Notes: generated by a model not told the origin, from the sequence alone. Positions 13,065 to 26,166 are shown, counted from the first letter of the stretch. The stretch is DNA of 64,000 nucleotides from Octopus sinensis (GCF_006345805.1 NC_043015.1:50778001-50842000), one strand, 5' to 3'. Translations and numbers: made by a program.

Positions 13065-13318
13065 TTTTTTCTTCTTCTCTTCTTCTTCTTCTTCTTCTTC
13101 TTCATCCTATCATCGTCATCATCATCATCTTATCATCATCATCATCATCCTCTCATTCACCCCCCCCCCACCACCACCACCACCACCACCACCCCCACCA
13201 CCACCACCACCACCACCACCACCAAACAACCACCATCACCACCACCATCCCACCACCACCACCACCACCACCATACCTCACCACATCATCATCATCTCCA
13301 TCACCACCACCACACCAC

Positions 13319-13380
<62 letters not shown>

Positions 13381-13400
13381 CCATCATCATCATCACTTAA
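13065..13400. repeat. Compound (CTT)n/(CAT)n/(CAC)n microsatellite
   Basis: Direct inspection. Confidence 0.95.
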
Positions 13401-13720
13401 CTTCTGTTGTCCATGCTGGCATGGGTTCGACAATGTGACCAGAGCTGGCAAGTTGATGGGGCTGCATCAGACTCCATTTGTCTGATTTGGCATGGTTTGT
13501 TCTACAGCTGGATGCCCTTTTTAAAGCCAGTCACTTGACAGCCTGTACTGGGTGCTTTTATGAGGCCCTAACCCTAACCACTTTTACCTGGCACCCCATG
13601 GGCAGTTCTATGTGATGCTGCACACGCACTTTTAAAATAGCACTGCACGGGCCCATCTAAGAGTCGCTGCCCCAATGCTTTTATGTGGTACTGCATGGGC
13701 AGTTTTATGTGGCACCTCCA
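13400..13720 (-). mobile_element. SINE family C (catcat-tailed; ggcattaggaagggcatccagctgtagaaa motif), degenerate
   Basis: ccatgctggcatgggtt...tctacagctggatgccc is the reverse complement of the family C body. Confidence 0.75.
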
Positions 13721-13869
13721 TGAGTGCTCTACCCAGCCAGAAGGATTGGTCTTAACACCACTGCTGCAGGCTACGGGGTAATATAATCTCATAACAAAAA
13801 TGTTATTCTTATCACCATCATCATTTAACATCCTATTTTTCCCTGCTGGCATGGGTTGAACAGTTAAAC

Positions 13870-14301
13870 AAGATGTGACAAGCTGGCAGAAATGTTAGCA
13901 CGCCAGGCGAAATGCTTAGCAGTTTTTATCTGTCGCTACGTTCTGAGTTCAAATTCCACCGAAGTCGACTTTGCCTTTCATCCTTTCGGGGTCGATTAAA
14001 TAAGTACCAGTTACACACTGGGGTCGATATGATTGACTCAATCCATTTGTATGTCCTTGTTTCTTCCCTCTGTGTATAGCCCCTTGTGTGTAGTAAAGAA
14101 ATAGGTATTTCATCTGCCGTTATGTTCTGAGTTCAAAAATTCTGCCGGGGCCACCTTTATCTCTCATCCTTTCAGGGTCGATAAATTAAGTACCACTTAT
14201 GCACTGGGGTCGATGTAATCAACTTAATCCGTTTGTCTGTCCTTGTTTGTCCCCTCTATGTTTAGCCCCTTGTGGGCAATAAAGAAATAAGATGTGACAA
14301 G
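13870..14301 (+). mobile_element. SINE family B with duplicated internal part and 13-bp target-site duplication
   Basis: aagatgtgacaag flanks both ends (13870-13882 and 14289-14301). Confidence 0.9.
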
Positions 14302-14794
14302 TCCAACGACTGCATCATGCTCCACTTTTTGTTTGGGCACAGTGTTTTCTGTCACCCAATGCCCTTCATAAGCTAACCACTTCACAGAGCATTTTGGATG
14401 CTTTTATTTTTGCACCAACAGGGTGAATAATGTTGCTATGCAGATTGTGAGACTGTGAACCATGACTGAGGTGGCTTTTGCTAGGAGATGTGGGGTTAAA
14501 TTAAGAGAGAAGGACTCAGAGCTGTAAAGGAGCTACATAGCTAATAACGTTTTAGAAGAGTGCACTACATCTTATTAGCAGAAACAGCTGTAAGCCAATG
14601 AAGTTAATTATGTAATACATGTTCCATTGTCATACATACAATTGTATGTAAGTAGTGGTGGATATGAAAGCCATATCAATTGGTAATTTTGAAAAAGTAT
14701 TACATAAGCGAAGAATATCACTTCTATTTTTTTGGTGAACAATTAACATCATTAGAGAAGTGACAATAAAATTTGATTACAAAGTCTAAGGATT

Positions 14795-15180
14795 GAAGTG
14801 ATGATGGTGATGATGATGATGATGATGATGACGATGGTGGTGGTGGTGGTGACAATGGTAATATGGTAATGAGGATATTGGTGAAGGTGATGGTGATGAT
14901 AATAATGACAGTGATGACGATGTCGGCAATGACGACAATGATGATGTCAAAGATGGTGATGACAACAATGATGATATGGTGATGATGATATTGGTGATGG
15001 TGAGAGCGATGATGATAATGGTGGTGAGAGTGATGACGATGACGATGACAGCAACAACAATTACAATGGCGTCAGTGATAATGATGACGTCAACAACAAT
15101 GATGACGACAATGACAATATGATGATGATAATATTGGCAATGGTGAGAATGATGCTGACAATGATACGGTAATGATATGC
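14795..15180. repeat. Degenerate (GAT/GAC)n tract
   Basis: Direct inspection. Confidence 0.9.
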
Positions 15181-15389
15181 ATATAAATATCATCTGGAGG
15201 CTGGCTTTTATTTTATATGCTTAGGAATGGACATGTGGTTAAGAAACTTGCCTACATCACCCATGAAGTTTTGGGTTTGGTGTCAGTCTGTGACACTTTG
15301 GGGAAGTGTGTTCTACTATAGCTCTCGGCTGACCAATACCTTGTAAATAAATTTGGTAGACAACGAGTGTGTGGAACCCTATCATATAT

Positions 15390-15535
15390 ACAGAATTTAC
15401 ATTATTTACATTTGATAGATATTTGTCCTCATCTGGTTTGTTGTTAAAACATTTCGGCTGATATACCCTCCAGCCTTCATCAAGTGTCTTGGGGAAATTT
15501 CGAACCTGGGTTTTCATTCCTAAGGTATTTTTCGA
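15390..15535 (-). mobile_element. Penelope-like terminal-repeat fragment with a degenerate hammerhead motif
   Basis: Minus strand gacac-TTGATGA-a-ggctg(gagggtatat)cagcc-GAAAT; same element at ~34575-34735 and truncated at ~42200-42265. Confidence 0.55.
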
Positions 15536-16039
15536 TAATAATAATAATATTTTTATTATCATTATTATTATTATTATTATCATTATTATTCAGGTCATTG
15601 CTTGGAATTGAATTTGGAATCCTGGGGTTAGTAGCCCGCGCTCTTAACCACTACGCCATATGCACATGGGCGTAGTGGTTAAGAGCACGGGCTACTAACT
15701 CCACTACTAATCCCAGGATTTGGTAGATGGAAACTGAAAGAAGCCCATCGTATATATATATGTATGTATGTGTATATCTGTTTGTGTGTCAGTGTTTGTC
15801 CCCACCTCCAACATCGCTTGACAACACATGCTGGTCTGTTTACATCCCTGTAACTTAGCAGTTCAGCAAAAGAGGCTGATAGAATAAGTACTAGGCCTAC
15901 AAAGAATAAGTCCTGGCGTCGGTTTGCTATAGTAGAAGACACTTGCCCAAGGTGCCATGCAGTGGGACTGAACCTGGAACCATGTCATTGGTAAGCAAGC
16001 TACTTAACACACAGCCATTCCTGCGCCTATGCCAGCTGT

Positions 16040-16420
16040 TGTTTGCAAATATTCACATGTCATGGAGCCATGCCATTTGGTCAGTTCATAGTCAACTTCT
16101 TAACAGCATCTCTTCACAAGGCTGAGTTTATGGAGGTATTGATAGGAGGGGCTTTGTGAGGGATCAACTTCTGCCAACAACCTATGAGTGTTTAGGTTTA
16201 GCTGTTGTTCAACTATTTCAAACAAGGCCTCATCTTCTACAACAGAAAGTCTTCCTAACCATTTTGTCTTTGAGGCTGGCATTACTTTCTTTGAAATGTC
16301 TGAACCACATTCATTTACAGCTCCTGGCTCTTCCACATCATTAATTTCTTTAGCTGCTGCTCTTGCGGTCAGTTCTTTTTCTTCAACAGGCTGAGTAGCG
16401 TAAAATGGCAACAGATGTAA
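16040..16420 (-). pseudogene. mariner transposase N-terminal remnant
   Basis: TARAAAKEINDVEEPGAVNE...GRLSVVEDEALFEIVEQ...LHKLSLVKR..EVDYELT parallels the mariner HTH and linker (GRP..DD..L...VE...VPHELT). Confidence 0.65.
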
Positions 16421-16848
16421 TTTTTTTCACCAGTCGTTATCAGAGCAGTACAATAATAGAACAGACAATTAATGCTTATATGTTACATATGGAAATAAAG
16501 AATAAGCAATTTGGCAAAGACTGGACGACAAAACGTACCAAATTATTGATATAACTTGTAGATTCAAGTTGCCAAAAATTATCAGAGAAAATCAAAAAAA
16601 AAGTCTTTGACTCAGTCTAGTACAACTAACATGTGATGTCAAAGCAAGGAGATACAAACACACACAGACACACACACACACACCACGCACACCATTTAAC
16701 CTACACTGTATTGAGATATGAACTACTAACAGTTACTTACCATTGAGACACATGGTCTTATCTTAATACACTAAATGATATTTATCTCTCAGTGGAGGGA
16801 GTGCTGTTTTTGTTGATCTTACCTTAAAGGAACAGTAAACCGTATGTA

Positions 16849-17640
16849 CAGGGTGCAGTGAATAAGTTGTTGTCTAAATTACGCAAGAATGAAAATAATA
16901 CTGACATCTCTTTTAAATAGATATATGTACCAAAATTACATAAAAATATCTTGAAATACTAAAGAGTAAATTTATTCAATAAAATCACCATTGGCTTCAA
17001 CCATGGCCTCCAGAAGACTTGGGAATTTCCTGCAACTCTTCTGGAAGGTCTCCTTGTTTAAGTTGGTGAATGCTGCCATAATCCTTGCTTTCAGTTCATC
17101 TTTGGTGTCAGAAGGAGTTTTGCTGAAATTGTCTGACAGCCATGACTAGGTTCTCCTGCTTGTATGGCATGGTGCAGAGTTCTGTTGCCAGACATAGGGT
17201 CTTCCAGCAGCCTCCCTCTTGACCCAGAGTAGCACTAACTCATCCAGGCACTTGATGTAGGCCTCCATGTTGAGTGTGAGGCCATGTGGGAAGATGAATG
17301 GAGGCATAATGTCGCCATCACTAGTGATCACTCCAAACAACATGACGTTGACTGGATGTTTGATTTTTATCACTCTCAGTACATGTTTTGGAGACATGGC
17401 AAGCCAAAGGTTGTTCTGTGTGTTCACCATCTGATCTTGGCAGAAATTTTTTCTCATCTGAGAAAAACCAAATTATATTCAGTTGGAGGGGATGCTTGAG
17501 TTTATTCAAAAGCTTCATAGCACGGTCTTTCCTCTTGTCCTTGATGGCTTGGGATAAAAACTGTCCCTTTCTCATTTTTAATAAGCAAGAATTTGTCAGA
17601 AGGCCTCCAGGAAAGTGAAACAACTCACAATACACAACAC
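16849..17640 (-). mobile_element. maT/DD37D-family Tc1/mariner element, 5'-truncated and internally deleted
   Basis: TA|cagggtg terminus; WFFSDEKKF...KHPVNVMLFGVITSDGDIMPPFIF...YVWQQNSAPCHTSRRT; homologous to 30012-31075. Confidence 0.88.
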
Positions 17641-18230
17641 AAACAGTGAAGTTTGGGAGTAAGTGTCTGATGCTTTGGGGATACATAAAAAGTGATGGTT
17701 CAAGAAAGTTGGTTAAAATTGATGGTAACTTGAATAGTGCCAAATACATCCAGTTGCTGAAGGACAATTTGATAGCAGACTTTGATGAAGGTGAGATTTT
17801 TCAGTATGACAGAGCTTCATGCCATTGACTGCATGCAACTCAACAGTCTGGCTGATGAAGGTGTTACCGTATTGAAAGATTGGCCAGCTCTGAGCCCTGA
17901 CTTAAATATCATTGAGCAAATGTGGACAGAACTAAAGAGAAGAGTTTGCCAGAAGAATTCACGCAATCTCGAAGAGTTGTGGGAGCTCAGCCACAGGGAA
18001 TGGCATCTCATACCTGTGAAGATGGTGAAGGATTTGTACGCATCTCTTTCCTAGGTGCATTGAAGCAATTATTTAAGCTAAGGGAAGCCACACGGAATAT
18101 TAACAATGTACAGTAACTTCTTGAAATGAGCATTATGTAATAAATTTTCATTATAGACATTTTTCTATTTTAAAACACTGTATCTTCATTGGTTTATGTA
18201 AGGTGGGTGGAAACTTTCACACGTCTATTT
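17641..18230 (+). pseudogene. Tc1-family transposase 3' half
   Basis: TVKFGSKCLMLWG...FQYDRASCH...WPALSPDLNIIEQMWTELKRRV; D-E spacing (34 or 35) is obscured by a frameshift. Confidence 0.88.
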
Positions 18231-18429
18231 TTAGTGGTTGTCTCGCATCTTCCCTCTCATACAGAACCCCAGCTGCAAAATATAATGATTAGGTACGGAA
18301 ATGACTCCAACAGGGCCAATGTTTCATCTGTAAAAATCGCAATGTGAAACATCGACTTATAATTTGGCAATTAGTAGAAATTTTTAATAGTTTAAAGTGG
18401 TCGAAGATTTTGCATGGTATTGTATATAT

Positions 18430-18714
18430 ATATAAACATTTGAGTGAGGGCGTTGCCAGTGCTGCTGGACTGGATCCTGTGCAGGTGACATGTAAAATCA
18501 CCATTTGAGTGTGGCCGTTGCCAGTACCGCCTGACCGGCCCCCATGCTGGTGGCATGTAAAAGCACCGACTACACTCTTGGAGTGGTTGGCATTAGGAAG
18601 AGCATCCAGCTGTAGAAAATCTGCCAGATCAGATTGGAGCCTGGTGCAGCCTCCTGGCTCACCAGTCCCCAGTCAAACCATCCAACTCATGCCAACATGG
18701 AAAGCGGACGTTAA

Positions 18715-18748
<34 letters not shown>
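18430..18748 (+). mobile_element. SINE family C
   Basis: gtggttggcattaggaagagcatccagctgtagaaa...ggaaagcggacgttaaatgatgatgat tail. Confidence 0.88.
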
Positions 18749-18780
<32 letters not shown>

Positions 18781-18781
<1 letters not shown>

Positions 18782-21761
18782 ATATAAAAGGGCTTAGGTA
18801 AAATAAATTACTTTGCCGCATACTGAACTCATTAGAAATAGCAGCTAAAAAACTTTTTTAAGGCTATTTCTAATACTTAAAGAAAATCTCTCTCATATAT
18901 AGTGTTTGCATAATTTAACTCACAAAAGTTTGGGGGTAATGACATCGAAAAATCAAATGCTAAGGTTATTCGAGAACGTACGTTTCAGATTAGTCAAAAC
19001 AACATTTCTATCATCGGCTCGGAAATTCCTTGGTTTGGATTTGGAAACACTGAAAATAAGAACATACCTCTCGAAGTCTGCTCCCAACTAACAGTGTCAA
19101 CAAATTCAAAATAAGCAAGCGAAGAATCTCTGTTCTCCCCTTTCCACCAGCGTGGGTTAAAATCATCAAACTCTATGCTTATTTCGGTAAAGTCCGAAGC
19201 ATTAATCAGAGAGGAGATTAATTATAATTTCAACAATTGAGGGCAAAATTAATTAATTATTAATCAATTTCACCAAGTGTTCAGTATGCAAAGGGACCAT
19301 TCAAGGCGAATTCAAATTATTACATTATATAAAAGGCTTAGTAAAATAAATACTTTGCCGCATACTGAACTCATTAGAAATAGCAGCTAAAAAACTTTTT
19401 TAGGCTATTTCTAATACTTAAAGAAAATCTCTCTCATATATAGTGTTTGCATAATTAACTCACAAAAGTTTGGGGGTAATGACATCGAAAAATCAAATGC
19501 TAAGGTTATTCGAGAACGTACGTTTCAAGATTAGTCAAAACAACATTTCTATCATCGGCTCGGAAATTCCTTGTGTTTGGATTTGGAAACCACTGAAAAT
19601 AAGAACATACCCTCTCGAAGATCTGCTCCCAACTAACAGTGTCAACAAATTCAAAATAAGCAAGCGAAGAATCTCTGTTCTCCCCTTTCCACCAGCGTGG
19701 GTTAAAATCATCAAACTCTATGCTTATTTCGGTAAAGTCCGAAGCATTAATCAGAGGGAGATTAATTATAATTTCAACAATGAGGGCAAAATTAATTAAT
19801 TATTAATCAATTTCACCAAGTGTTCAGTATGCAAAGGGACCATTCAGGCGAATTCAAATTATTACATTATATAAAAGGGCTTAGTAAAATAAATTACTTT
19901 GCCGCATACTGAACTCATTAGAAATAGCAGCTAAAAAACTTTTTTAAGGCTATTTCTAATACTTAAAGAAAATCTCTCTCATATATAGTGTTTGCATAAT
20001 TTAACTCACAAAAGTTTGGGGGTAATGACATCGAAAAATCAAATGCTAAGGTTATTCGAGAACGTACGTTTCAAGATAGTCAAAACAACATTTCTATCAT
20101 CGGCTCGGAAATTCCTTGGTTTGGATTTGGAAACACTGAAAATAAGAACATACCCTCGAAGATCTGCTCCCAACTAACAGTGTCAACAAATTCAAAATAA
20201 GCAAGCGAAGAATCTCTGTTCTCCCCTTTCCACCAGCGTGGGTTAAAATCATCAAACTCTATGCTTATTTCGGTAAAGTCCGAAGCATTAATCAGAGGGA
20301 GATTAATTATAATTTCAACAATTGAGGCAAATTAATTAATTATTAATCAATTTCACCATTGTTTTGACTAATCTTGAAACGTACGTTCTCGAATAACCTT
20401 AGCATTTGATTTTTCGATGTCATTACCCCCAAACTTTTGTGAGTTAAATTATGCAAACACTATATGAGAGAGATTTTCTTTAAGTAGTATTAGAAATAGC
20501 CTTAAAAAAGTTTTTTAGCTGCTATTTCTAATGAGTTCAGTATGCGGCAAAGTAATTTATTTTACTAAGCCCTTTTATATAATGTAATAATTTGAATTCG
20601 CCTTGAATGGTCCCTTTGCATACTGAACACTTGGTGAAATGATTAATAATTAATTAATTTTGCCCTCAATTGTTGAAATTATATTAATCTCCCTCTGATT
20701 AATGCTTGGACTTTACCGAAATAAGCATAGAGTTTGATGATTTTAACCCACGCTGGTGGAAAGGGGAGAACAGAGATTCTTCGCTTGCTTATTTTGAATT
20801 TGTTGACACTGTTAGTTGGGAGCAGATCTTCGAGAGAGGGTATGTTCTTTTTCAGTGTTTCCAAATCCAAACCAAGGAATTTCCGAGCCGATGATAGAAA
20901 TGTTGTTTTGACTAATCTTGAAACGTACGTTCTCGAATAACCTTAGCATTTGATTTTTCGATGTCATTACCCCCAAACTTTTGTGAGTTAAATTATGCAA
21001 ACACTATATATGAGAGAGATTTTCTTTAAGTATTAGAAATAGCCTTAAAAAATTTTTTAGCTGCTATTTCTAATGAGTTCAGTATGCGGCAAAGTAATTT
21101 ATTTTACTAAGCCCTTTTATATATGTAATAATTTGAATTCGCCTTGAATGGTCCCTTTGCATACTGAACACTTGGTGAAATTGATAATAATTAATTAATT
21201 TTGCCCTCAATTGTTGAAATTATAATTAATCTCCCTCTGATTAATGCTTCGGACTTTACCGAAATAAGCATAGAGTTTGATGATTTTAACCCACGCTGGT
21301 GGAAAGGGGAGAACAGAGATTCTTCGCTTGCTTATTTTGAATTTGTTGACACTGTAGTTGGGAGCAGATCTTCGAGAGGGTATGTTCTTATTTTCAGTGT
21401 TTCCAAATCCAAACCAAGGAATTTCCGAGCCGATGATAGAAATGTTGTTTTGACTAATCTTGAAACGTACGTTCTCGAATAACCTTAGCATTTGATTTTT
21501 CGATGTCATTACCCCCAAACTTTTGTGAGTTAAATTATGCAAACACTATATATGAGAGAGATTTTCTTTAAGTATTAGAAATAGCCTAAAAAAGTTTTTT
21601 AGCTGCTATTCTAATGAGTTCAGTATGCGGCAAAGTAATTTATTTTACTAAGCCCTTTTATATAATGTAATAATTTGAATTCGCCTTGAATGGTCCGCCT
21701 TTGCAACTTGGTGAAATTGATTAATAATTAATTAATTTTGCCCTCAATTGTTGAAATTATA
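18781..21761. repeat. ~542-bp tandem array with a mid-array strand switch
   Basis: Plus-strand units 18781-19325, 19326-19867, 19868-20358 (truncated); minus-strand 20359-20581 (partial), 20582-21123, 21124-21664, 21665-21761 (partial). Confidence 0.97.
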
Positions 21762-23764
21762 TATATATATATATATATATAATCATCATCATCTTCATAT
21801 ATATATATATATATAAACACACATACACACGTGTATATGTAAGTATACACAAAGACACACACACACACACACACAGAGACCATTTTAGTCAGAGATAAGA
21901 GAATCCTCATGTAGAAACACTTCAAAGTTTCTCACAGACGTCACCAGAGTCCAGTTGTCATAGAATCAATATTGACTGGAAAGAAAAGGATGTGAAACAA
22001 ACATTGAAGTGCCACTGAAACAATCACATGAAGCAGTAGAAACCAGTGATGGGTGTCAAAACAAATGCAATGGACACCAAAGGGTTTGATATGTAAACTT
22101 TAAGATAACGATTTCTTGTGAAGGTACAAAGTCATAAGTTTTATGTGGGCGGAAGTACAAGTAGCAGTGATGGTTGTGGTGGTGGTGGGGGGTGGGTGAA
22201 TGATTGATTAGTATTGATTCTAGTGATTGCTCTGTTATTTATTGATTTCTTGGAAGGAGGAAAAATAAAGGCCTTCATGCTTGGCAGAATATCAAGAGCA
22301 GCAACATATTTGCACTAAGTGGTTTTTGACCAATGCGTTAATGATTCTGTTTATCCAGCAGTGTTCGAACTTATGAAGTAGTGAGATCAAACGGAAGGAA
22401 GGTTGATAAAAGAAAGGAAAGCGAATGAGAAAAAAAAAGGAAGGAGAAGAGCGAAAGAAACAAAGGGACCTTTGGAGTGCACTCTGTGACATCAAGGTGT
22501 CTGGTCTACTTCTAGAAAATATTCTATGAGAGCAAATTAAATAAGGACCACAGCCCATAATTCAGGGTTCTTAGTGGCAACCAGATTCACTCACAAGGCT
22601 TTAGTAGAAAACACTTACCTAAGGTGCCACAGGATTGAACCTGGAACCATGTGATTAAGAAGTGAATTTCTTACCACACAACCACTAATAATATAATAAT
22701 GGTTTCAGCTTTTGACTCATGGCCACAAAGTTCAGGACATGCAGTAAGTCAGTTACATCGACCCCCAGTATGCAACTGGTACATATTTTATCGACCTCGG
22801 AAGGATGAAATCACTAGCATAGCCAGAGTGTGTGCTGCTCAGGGCGGCCCTTCCATTTACTGCCCCTCAGACACCACAAAAAACACATATTGCCTACAGC
22901 AGACCCAATGGTGGGGACAACGATGAGACCACCACCACCACCACCATCTTGTAAGGCAATGATAGAGGGAGCTAAAAAGGGCTTTCAACTGAATCTGCTC
23001 AAGGAGGAACAGGAGTGAATTACAAAAAACATAATTCCTCTTACAGTCAACTGCCGTCTTAGAACCGAACCAGTTATAACATCCGAGGCTCCTTAGCTCT
23101 GGGGTACCTTAAACCACCCAGGAGAGTTGAAACACAGACAGCTTCACAGAATCAAGCAGCAGATGAGGCATCCAGGAGTAATGACCTGGCCCGCCCCTGC
23201 CCCTTGCTACGCTAGTGGATGAAAGACAAAGTTGATCTTGATGGGATTTGAACTTAGAACATAAAGACAGGGGTTCAAAGAAAGTTAAGAGTTGAAATTA
23301 TAGAATGAAGTTCAAGAATTTAGATCAATGCTTTGCAAGTGGTATGCCATGGCATATTGGTGTGCCACGAGATGAGGTATGGTGTGTTTGCAGTGTAACC
23401 TGAATATAATTACTTTCCTTATATTTTTAGTTATATAGCTAGAGTGTGAGCTGCTCAAAGCGGCCCTTCCGGTTACTGTCCCAGGACCTCACAAAAATCA
23501 CATTGTCTGCAGCAGACCCAAAAGTGCTCACCTGGTACTTATGTTATATTTTTAGTTCAGGTGTGCCGCTGAAATTCACAAAGAACATAAGTGTACCATG
23601 GGTATATGGCATAATGGTTAAGAGCGTGGGCTACGAACCCCATTCGATTCCAAGCAGTGACCTGAATAATAATAATAATAATAACAACAATAACAACAAC
23701 AACAACAGCGGCAGCAGCAGCAGCAACAGCAACAACAACAGCAGTAATTTTTTTTTCCTACTCT

Positions 23765-23965
23765 AGGCACAAAGCCTGAAATTTTGGAGGAGGGGACCAG
23801 TTAATTTGATCAAGCCCAGTACATGACTGGTACTTAATTTATTGACCCCAAAAGGATGAAAGGCAAAGTCAAACTCGGTGGAATTTGAACTCAGAACATG
23901 GTGGCAGACGAAATACTGCTAACCATTTTGCCCAACATGCTAATGATTCTGCCAGCTCGCTGCCC
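23765..23965 (-). mobile_element. SINE family B variant
   Basis: aaaggatgaaaggcaaagtc...gaatttgaactcagaac reverse-complement motifs. Confidence 0.8.
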
Positions 23966-23967
23966 TC

Positions 23968-24019
<52 letters not shown>

Positions 24020-24024
<5 letters not shown>

Positions 24025-24270
24025 TCACCGGTTGTCAAGCAAGGATAGGGGACACATAGATACAAAAATTCACACGCACGCATACATACACATACACACA
24101 CATACACATATATATGATGGGCTTCTTTCAGTTTCCATCTACCAAATCCATTCACAAGGCTTTGGTTTGCCTGAGGCTATAGTAGAAGACACTGGTCCAA
24201 GGTGCCACACAGAGGGACTGAACCCAGAACCATGTGGCTGGTAAGAAGATTTCTTACTACATAGCTACTA
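24020..24270 (-). mobile_element. SINE family A 5' half
   Basis: gggcttctttcagtttccatctaccaaatcc...gggactgaacccagaaccatgtgg. Confidence 0.85.
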
Positions 24271-24464
24271 ATAATATAATAGTGGTTTAAAATTTTGGTA
24301 CTAGGTCAACAGTTTCGGGGTGTGGGTGGGGTGGGGGAAATTGATTACATGGAATCCAGTGCTCAACTGGTACTTATTTTATCGACCCCAAAGAGATGAA
24401 AAACAAATTGACCGTGACAGAATTTGAACTCAGAATGTAAAGGCAGATGAAATACTGCCATCTC

Positions 24465-25020
24465 CACCACCACCACCATTCATCATCACCACCTCCACCA
24501 CCACCACCATCACAACTACCACCATCACTGCCACCACCACCATCATCAATGTAGTTGTCAATGGTGGGGGGACAACAATAACACCACCACCACCAACAAC
24601 AACAACAACACCAACACCACCATCATCAATATAGTTGTCAATGGTGGGGGACCACCACCACCACCACCAACAAAAACAACAACAGCAACAACCACCGCTG
24701 CTACCGCCACCACCGCTGCTACCGCCACCACCACTACCACCACCATCAATGTAGATGTTGTCAATGGTGGGGGACAAAGATGACACCACCACCACCAACA
24801 CCACCACCACCACCACCACCATCACCACCACTACCACCACCACCACCACCACTGCCACCACCATCATCAATATAGTTGTTGTCAATGGTGGGGGACAACG
24901 CTGACACCACCACCACCACCACTACCACCACCACCACCACCACTGCCTCCACCATCATCAATATAGTTGTTGTCAATGGTGGGGACAACGATGACACCAC
25001 CACCACCACCACCACCACCT
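24465..25020. repeat. (ACC)n-rich array with five conserved ~40-bp cores
   Basis: catcatcaatatagttgt(tgt)caatggtgggggacaa at ~24541, 24621, 24744, 24863 and 24954. Confidence 0.85.
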
Positions 25021-26166
25021 TGGCTGTATAATGGAGGTATTTTACGGAAGGGGATGCTTATATACCTAGAGTCCCCATGATCTATCTGCCACATAAATAC
25101 CTTTGGTATTTAACTCTTTAGCATTTAAACCGGCCATATCTCGTTTAAATGTGGAAGCACGTGTCTTAGTGGTCAGGGTGTTGGATTCATGATTGTAAGA
25201 TTGTGGTTTCGATTCCTGGACTAGGCAACGCATCATGTTCTTAAGCAAGACACTTCACTTCACATTGCAAAAGTCCACTCAGCTGTAGAAATGAGTGCCA
25301 CTAGTGGTGGTGCATTTATTCATAGTTAGGGTGTTGAATTCATGATGAAGATTGTGGTTTCAATCCCTGGACTAGGCAATCTATTGTGTTCTTGAGCAAA
25401 ACACTTCATTTCATGTTGTTCCTCTCCACTCGACTGGCAAAAGTGAGTAATCCTGCGAGGGACTGGCGTCCCATCCAGGTGGGGAATTTATAAGCCATGA
25501 AACCAGGAAACCGGCCCTTATGAACTGACATGACTTGAGAGAGTAACTTAACCTTTTTACCTATATCCGGCCCCTAAATATTCTATTGTTCAAACTGGCT
25601 ATAAATGGCCTCTCACACCTACCCTATAATGTTATTCCAAAGATATGCAATCTTATCATCAAAATCTTGAAACTATGAATTAATGCTGGATTAATTCAAA
25701 ACAATGTGAATAAATAAACATTATATTTGACAAAGAAATATGAACACCAAAGTGTTAAAAGGCTGCAGTTTCAAGTTAAAATCAGCTTTTTTCGATCTAT
25801 AAATCAATCTCAGTGACAAACTGTATGTGTTGCTATGTTACGTCATAAACAGCATTTTCCCCCTTCACGGGAAAATGTAATGCGGAACATACAATAGTCG
25901 GAAGCCCACGTAATAATCTTTTCCTATATGCACTTTATGGAAAACACTCAAGATGGTTAATAAAGAAGTTATGGATTTAAAGTCGACAGTAAATACGAAA
26001 AACAAATAATTCAATCAAAGATGAGAGATGAAATAGCGTTAGATAATGGGAAACTTTCAAATCAGATGCGAATATGTGTATAGCATGGCAGACAGCATTA
26101 TATCATGTGTCACCTGAGAAACACTCAGTAACCAATATATATATACATATATATATACATATATAA

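Noticed and set aside
19470-19799. ~110-aa ORF in the 542-bp unit
   Set aside because: The frame differs between copies, no domain is recognisable, and a TTG start is used.
24541-25020. CRISPR array
   Set aside because: Spacers are microsatellite, the context is eukaryotic, and there are no cas genes.
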